This document shows positions 57,348 through 64,000 of a DNA stretch of 64,000 nt, one piece after another. The DNA is from Eledone cirrhosa (taxonomy: Eukaryota). The notes beneath the pieces are model-generated. The model was not told the DNA's origin. It ran no database searches and worked only from the letters and a program-made list of their open reading frames with translations. Positions within the stretch are counted from its first letter, which is position 1. Each line of letters starts with the position of its first letter. Both the position numbers and the translations under genes were made by a program. The stretch is taken from contig OZ024760.1 of NCBI GenBank assembly GCA_964016885.1, positions 6,200,001-6,264,000 on the forward strand, in the 5' to 3' direction.

Positions 57348-57349
<2 letters not shown>
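57082..57349. mobile_element. Family A element, complete palindrome
   Basis: Both arms (57082-57213 / 57224-57349) extend to the 3' tail and (TA)n. Confidence 0.85.
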
Positions 57350-57381
<32 letters not shown>

Positions 57382-57395
57382 GTATAATTATTCCA

Positions 57396-57471
57396 TTATT
57401 TCATCTGATGAGCATACTGGATGTTTCTGTAAGGATCGTCTAGTTTCCTGAAACCTTTGGTAATGGAATAA
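57396..57471 (+). ncRNA. Type I hammerhead ribozyme motif
   Basis: TTATTTCAT-CTGATGA(57405)-..ACTGGATG..CGTCTAGT..-GAAA-CC ttt GG-TA-ATGGAATAA; base of stem II mismatched. Confidence 0.7.
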
Positions 57472-57573
57472 TTATATTGTGTTGTTCATTATATAGTTAA
57501 ATATATATATATATATGTGTATATGTATATAATATATATTAAATATATATATATATGTGTATAAGTATATTAC

Positions 57574-57627
57574 ATAGTTAAATAGCTCTGTACTACATAT
57601 AGAGCACTCTTCTTGCCAATACCTTTT
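57574..57627 (-). CDS. Candidate exon (KGIGKKSALYVVQSYLT)
   Basis: TTTCTGTAG acceptor, AT|GTAATA donor, phase 2-2, in frame with 58814-58850. Confidence 0.3.
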
Positions 57628-57833
57628 CTACAGAAATACTTAATACACACCCATATATACACACACACACGCACATATATATATATACACACACATATAT
57701 ATATACACACACACCCACACACATATATATATACATATATACACACACACACATATATACACACACACACACACACATACAACCACACACACATATATAT
57801 ACACACACACACACACACATACAACCACACACA

Positions 57834-57915
<82 letters not shown>

Positions 57916-58813
57916 CGCTGGAAGGACACCTGGCTGTAAAACATTGCCTCAAAACTTTCCATCCAACCCATGCCGACATGGAAAAGTCCATGTAAAAATG
58001 ATGACAGTTATGATGATGGTGATGTCACTAATTAAAGGTGTGTTAAACACACCTTTAATTAGGTTATGTGAGCTCAATAAATTTATTGGAGCACTACTTC
58101 TACCTTTTAAATAACCTCATATCTTTCTCTCTCTCTCTCTTTTGTGTACGTGTGTGTGTATGTGGATGTCTGTGTTTGTGTATGTCTATGTATGTCTATG
58201 TATGTGTATGTCTATGTATGACTGTGTATGTGTATATCTATGTATGTCTGTGTGTGTATGTGTCTGTGAATGTGTATGTGTATGTCTGTGTATGTGTATG
58301 TCTGTGTATGTGTATGTCTGTGTATGTGTATGTCTGTGTGTGTGTATGTCTATGTATGACTGTGTATGTCTGTGTATGTGTATGTCTATGTATGTCTGTG
58401 TGTGTATGTGTATGTGTATATCTATGTATGTGTGTGTATGTCTATGTATGACTGTATGTATGTGTATGTCTATGTATGTGTATGTCTGTGTCTGTATGTA
58501 TGTATGTGTATGTCTGTGTGTGTGTATGTCTATGTATGACTGTGTATGTGTGTCTATGTCTGTGTATGTCTGTGTATGTCTGTGTATGTGTATGGCTATG
58601 TATGTCTGTGTGTGTATGTGTATGTCTATGTGTGTGTATATCTATGTATGTGTATGTCTATGTGTGTGTATATGTGTGTATGTCTATGTATGTGTATATC
58701 TATGTATGTGTATGTCTGTATGTGTATGTCTATGTGTGTGTATATGTGTGTATGTCTATGTATGTGTATATCTATGTATGTGTATGTCTGTCTGTGTCTG
58801 TTTCTGACATTAC

Positions 58814-58850
58814 TTGGCAAAAGGAAAATATCTTCTGTGAAATTTATAAC
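58814..58850 (-). CDS. Candidate micro-exon ([12 protein letters not shown])
   Basis: TTTTACAG acceptor, AA|GTAATG donor, phase 1-2. Confidence 0.3.
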
Positions 58851-58943
58851 CTGTAAAATGTAGCATTTGAATGTTAACAGCTTTCCAGTATTGCTATGGA
58901 AATGTTGGTACTGCCCCTAGCACTTAACACACTGTCTTTTCTA

Positions 58944-61900
58944 GTGTGTTAGGGGGTTGGAAATACCTTCAAATTTACAGTTTTGGGGTGATGGTACTGT
59001 CTGTAAATGTGTTAGGGGGTTGGAAATACCTTCAAATTTACAGTTTTGGAGTGATGGTACTGTCTGTAAATGTGTTAGGGGGTTGGAAATACCTTCAAAT
59101 TTACAGTTTTGGAGTGATGGTACTCTCTGTAAATATGTTAGGGGGTTGGAAATACCTTCAAATTTACAGTTTTGGAGTGATGGTACTGTCTGTAAATGTG
59201 TTAGGGGGTTGGAAATACCTTCAAATTTACAGTTTTGGAGTGATGGTACTCTCTGTAAATATGTTAGGGGGTTGGAAATACCTTCAAATTTACAGTTTTG
59301 GAGTGATGGTACTGTCTGTAAATGTGTTAGGGGGTTGGAAATACCTTCAAATTTACAGTTTTGGAGTGATGGTACTGTCTGTAAATGTGTTAGGGGGTTG
59401 GAAATACCTTCAAATTTACAGTTTTGGAGTGATGGTACTGTCTGTAAATGTGTTAGGGGGTTGGAAATACCTTCAAATTTACAGTTTTGGAGTGATGGTA
59501 CTGTCTGTAAATGTGTTAGGGGGTTGGAAATACCTTCAAATTTACAGTTTTGGAGTGATGGTACTGTCTGTAAATATGTTAGGGGGTTGGAAATACCTTC
59601 AAATTTACAGTTTTGGAGTGATGGTACTGTCTGTAAATATGTTAGGGGGTTGGAAATACCTTCAAATTTACAGTTTTGGAGTGATGGTACTGTCTGTAAA
59701 TATGTTAGGGGGTTGGAAATACCTTCAAATTTACAGTTTTGGAGTGATGGTACTGTCTGTAAATATGTTAGGGGGTTGGAAATACCTTCAAATTTACAGT
59801 TTTGGAGTGATGGTACTGTCTGTAAATGTGTTAGGGGGTTGGAAATACCTTCAAATTTACAGTTTTGGAGTGATGGTACTGTCTGTAAATATGTTAGGGG
59901 GTTGGAAATACCTTCAAATTTACAGTTTTGGAGTGATGGTACTGTCTGTAAATATGTTAGGGGGTTGGAAATACCTTCAAATTTACAGTTTTGGAGTGAT
60001 GGTACTGTCTGTAAATGTGTTAGAGAGTTGGAAATACCTTCAAATTTACAGTTTTGGAGTGATGGTACTGTCTGTAAATGTGTTAGGGGGTTGGAAATAC
60101 CTTCAAATTTACAGTTTTGGAGTGATGGTACTGTCTGTAAATGTGTTAGGGGGTTGGAAATACCTTCAAATTTACAGTTTTGGAGTGATGGTACTCTCTG
60201 TAAATATATTAGGGGGTTGGAAATACCTTCAAATTTACAGTTTTGGAGTGATGGTACTGTCTGTAAATGTGTTAGGGGGTTGGAAATACCTTCAAATTTA
60301 CAGTTTTGGAGTGATGGTACTGTCTGTAAATGTGTTAGGGGGTTGGAAATACCTTCAAATTTACAGTTTTGGAGTGATGGTACTGTCTGTAAATGTGTTA
60401 GGGGGTTGGAAATACCTTCAAATTTACAGTTTTGGAGTGATGGTACTCTCTGTAAATATATTAGGGGGTTGGAAATACCTTCAAATTTACAGTTTTGGAG
60501 TGATGGTACTGTCTGTAAATGTGTTAGGGGGTTGGAAATACCTTCAAATTTACAGTTTTGGAGTGATGGTACTGTCTGTAAATGTGTTAGGGGGTTGGAA
60601 ATACCTTCAAATTTACAGTTTTGGAGTGATGGTACTCTCTGTAAATATATTAGGGGGTTGGAAATACCTTCAAATTTACAGTTTTGGAGTGATGGTACTG
60701 TCTGTAAATGTGTTAGGGGGTTGGAAATACCTTCAAATTTACAGTTTTGGAGTGATGGTACTGTCTGTAAATGTGTTAGGGGGTTGGAAATACCTTCAAA
60801 TTTACAGTTTTGGAGTGATGGTACTCTCTGTAAATATATTAGGGGGTTGGAAATACCTTCAAATTTACAGTTTTGGAGTGATGGTACTGTCTGTAAATGT
60901 GTTAGGGGGTTGGAAATACCTTCAAATTTACAGTTTTGGGGTGATGGTACTGTCTGTAAATGTGTTAGGAAGTTGGAAATACCTTCAAATTTACAGTTTT
61001 GGAGTGATGGTACTGTCTGTAAATGTGTTAGGAAGTTGGAAATACCTTCAAATTTACAGTTTGGGAGTGATGGTACTGTCTGTAAATATGTTAGGGGGTT
61101 GGAAATACCTTCAAATTTACAGTTTTGGAGTGATGGTACTGTCTGTAAATGTGTTAGGAAGTTGGAAATACCTTCAAATTTACAGTTTTGGAGTGATGGT
61201 ACTGTCTGTAAATATGTTAGGAAGTTGGAAATACCTTCAAATTTACAGTTTTGGAGTGATGGTACTCTCTGTAAATATATTAGGGGGTTGGAAATACCTT
61301 CAAATTTACAGTTTGGGAGTGATGGTACTGTCTGTAAATGTGTTAGGGGGTTGGAAATACCTTCAAATTTACAGTTTGGGAGTGATGGTACTGTCTGTAA
61401 ATGTGTTAGGGGGTTGGAAATACCTTCAAATTTACAGTTTTGGGGTGATGGTAGTGTCTGTAAATGTGTTAGGGGGTTGGAAATACCTTCAAATTTACAG
61501 TTTTGGAGTGATGGTACTCTCTGTAAATATGTTAGGGGGTTGGAAATACCTTCAAATTTACAGTTTTGGGGTGATGGTACTGTCTGTAAATGTGTTAGGG
61601 GGTTGGAAATACCTTCAAATTTACAGTTTTGGAGTGATGGTACTGTCTGTAAATATGTTAGGGGGTTGGAAATACCTTCAAATTTACAGTTTTGGAGTGA
61701 TGGTACTGTCTGTAAATATGTTAGGGGGTTGGAAATACCTTCAAATTTACAGTTTTGGAGTGATGGTACTGTCTGTAAATGTGTTAGGGGGTTGGAAATA
61801 CCTTCAAATTTACAGTTTTGGAGTGATGGTACTGTCTGTAAATATGTTAGGGGGTTGGAAATACCTTCAAATTTACAGTTTTGGAGTGATGGTACTGTCT

Positions 61901-63449
61901 GTAAATATGTTAGGGGGTTGGAAATACCTTCAAATTTACAGTTTTGGAGTGATGGTACTGTCTGTAAATGTGTTAGGGGGTTGGAAATACCTTCAAATTT
62001 ACAGTTTTGGAGTGATGGTACTGTCTGTAAATATGTTAGGGGGTTGGAAATACCTTCAAATTTACAGTTTTGGAGTGATGGTACTGTCTGTAAATGTGTT
62101 AGGGGGTTGGAAATACCTTCAAATTTACAGTTTTGGAGTGATGGTACTGTCTGTAAATATGTTAGGGGGTTGGAAATACCTTCAAATTTACAGTTTTGGA
62201 GTGATGGTACTGTCTGTAAATATGTTAGGGGGTTGGAAATACCTTCAAATTTACAGTTTTGGAGTGATGGTACTGTCTGTAAATATGTTAGGGGGTTGGA
62301 AATACCTTCAAATTTACAGTTTTGGAGTGATGGTACTGTCTGTAAATGTGTTAGGGGGTTGGAAATACCTTCAAATTTACAGTTTTGGAGTGATGGTACT
62401 GTCTGTAAATATGTTAGGGGGTTGGAAATACCTTCAAATTTACAGTTTTGGAGTGATGGTACTGTCTGTAAATGTGTTAGGGGGTTGGAAATACCTTCAA
62501 ATTTACAGTTTTGGAGTGATGGTACTGTCTGTAAATATGTTAGGGGGTTGGAAATACCTTCAAATTTACAGTTTTGGAGTGATGGTACTGTCTGTAAATA
62601 TGTTAGGGGGTTGGAAATACCTTCAAATTTACAGTTTTGGAGTGATGGTACTGTCTGTAAATGTGTTAGGGGGTTGGAAATACCTTCAAATTTACAGTTT
62701 TGGAGTGATGGTACTGTCTGTAAATATGTTAGGGGGTTGGAAATACCTTCAAATTTACAGTTTTGGAGTGATGGTACTGTCTGTAAATGTGTTAGGGGGT
62801 TGGAAATACCTTCAAATTTACAGTTTTGGAGTGATGGTACTGTCTGTAAATGTGTTAGGGGGTTGGAAATACCTTCAAATTTACAGTTTTGGAGTGATGG
62901 TACTGTCTGTAAATATGTTAGGGGGTTGGAAATACCTTCAAATTTACAGTTTTGGAGTGATGGTACTGTCTGTAAATATGTTAGGGGGTTGGAAATACCT
63001 TCAAATTTACAGTTTTGGAGTGATGGTACTGTCTGTAAATGTGTTAGGGGGTTGGAAATACCTTCAAATTTACAGTTTTGGAGTGATGGTACTGTCTGTA
63101 AATGTGTTAGGGGGTTGGAAATACCTTCAAATTTACAGTTTTGGAGTGATGGTACTGTCTGTAAATATGTTAGGGGGTTGGAAATACCTTCAAATTTACA
63201 GTTTTGGAGTGATGGTACTGTCTGTAAATGTGTTAGGGGGTTGGAAATACCTTCAAATTTACAGTTTTGGAGTGATGGTACTGTCTGTAAATATGTTAGG
63301 GGGTTGGAAATACCTTCAAATTTACAGTTTTGGAGTGATGGTACTGTCTGTAAATGTGTTAGGGGGTTGGAAATACCTTCAAATTTACAGTTTTGGAGTG
63401 ATGGTACTGTCTGTAAATGTGTTAGGGGGTTGGAAATACCTTCAAATTT
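58944..63449. repeat. 63-bp minisatellite, about 71 units
   Basis: Unit TGTGTTAGGGGGTTGGAAATACCTTCAAATTTACAGTTTTGGAGTGATGGTACTGTCTGTAAA. Confidence 0.97.
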
Positions 63450-63465
63450 GGGGTGATGGTAATAC
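63440..63465 (-). CDS. Candidate micro-exon (YYHHPKFE)
   Basis: TTAATTTACAG acceptor, GAAG|GTATTT donor, phase 2-1, compatible with 58814-58850. Confidence 0.3.
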
Positions 63466-63534
63466 CTGTAAATTAACACTTCACACACTGTGGTATAATT
63501 TCTAATGTGTTAGGGGGTTGGAAATACCGTCCAA

Positions 63535-63590
<56 letters not shown>

Positions 63591-63592
<2 letters not shown>

Positions 63593-63788
63593 AACAAGTA
63601 GGACCCAGACGGCTGAGCTCAGCCGTTTCAACGGCTAATTCTGGACTAGTCCAGAATTAGCCGTCGAAACGGCTTGAGCTCAGCCGTCGGGGTCCTACTC
63701 GTTCCTATTACCCACTCTACTACCCTAAGTATTGAGTACTTTGGTGCGTTATGGTCCACCTGATTCCTTACCACATTTCCTTTGTTTT
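63591..63788 (+). mobile_element. Family A fold-back element
   Basis: IR centred on GGACTAGTCC; GAAAC-GGCT tgagctc AGCC-GTC-GGGGTCC; bulged hairpin ending 63740; (TA)n on both sides. Confidence 0.85.
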
Positions 63789-63934
63789 ATATATATATAT
63801 ATATATATATATGTAGGAGGTGAGTTTTATTGTAGTACAATAAAGCAATACAGATATCGGATAACTACTTTTCATATGTTGATTTAAAACTGCACTATTC
63901 ACAAGTGTTTTTTAACCTTCATATCATGTCTCCC

Positions 63935-64000
63935 TATTTTATCTGACGAAAACGCAAATGTCATCGCATGATGATATTTGTTTTTGAAATGCGCATAATA
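63935..64000 (+). ncRNA. Type I hammerhead ribozyme motif (family D, cut by window end)
   Basis: TATTTTAT-CTGACGA-AAA C GCAAATGTCATC gcat GATGATATTTGT T TTT-GAAA-TGCGCA-TA-ATA. Confidence 0.85.

Noticed and set aside
57601-57612. GAGTGCT on minus strand (also at ~20294 on plus)
   Set aside because: No upstream ACTC helix or bulge, so not counted as the 3' motif.
58944-63449. Telomeric repeat (TTAGGG within unit)
   Set aside because: Only one TTAGGG per 63 bp, not tandem.
58941-63505. Three ~1500-aa ORFs
   Set aside because: A 63-bp unit lacking stops in three frames on both strands; no start context or domain, so not called as CDS.

Overview
Repeat-saturated eukaryotic DNA; the SINE families and (TA)n/(CA)n/(CAT)n load look like a coleoid cephalopod (octopus-type) genome, which is an inference. 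No recognisable intact gene is present, and all long ORFs in the track are translations of micro- or minisatellites. The window holds tRNA-derived SINEs (CORE-like and Meta-like central domains, RTE-like tails), piggyBac-like and pogo-like MITEs, several large minisatellites (45, 34, 29, 48, 63 bp units) and a 200-N gap. The main signal is a set of short, non-coding, mostly fold-back (inverted-repeat) elements lying in (TA)n tracts, densest at 52.6-57.5 kb. They belong to at least seven sequence-unrelated families. Many carry type I hammerhead ribozyme motifs with palindromic stem III, like those of Penelope-like retroelements. Nearly all share a covarying 3' bulged hairpin (ACTC-[stem-loop]-UU/UC/UA-GAGURCU) about 45-60 nt before the microsatellite tail, which I do not recognise as a described motif. 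Secondary signals are minisatellites amplified from SINE A-box regions, and a possible minus-strand micro-exon gene whose intron holds a 63-bp array in which every unit has branch point, acceptor and donor signals. All folds and alignments were done by eye.
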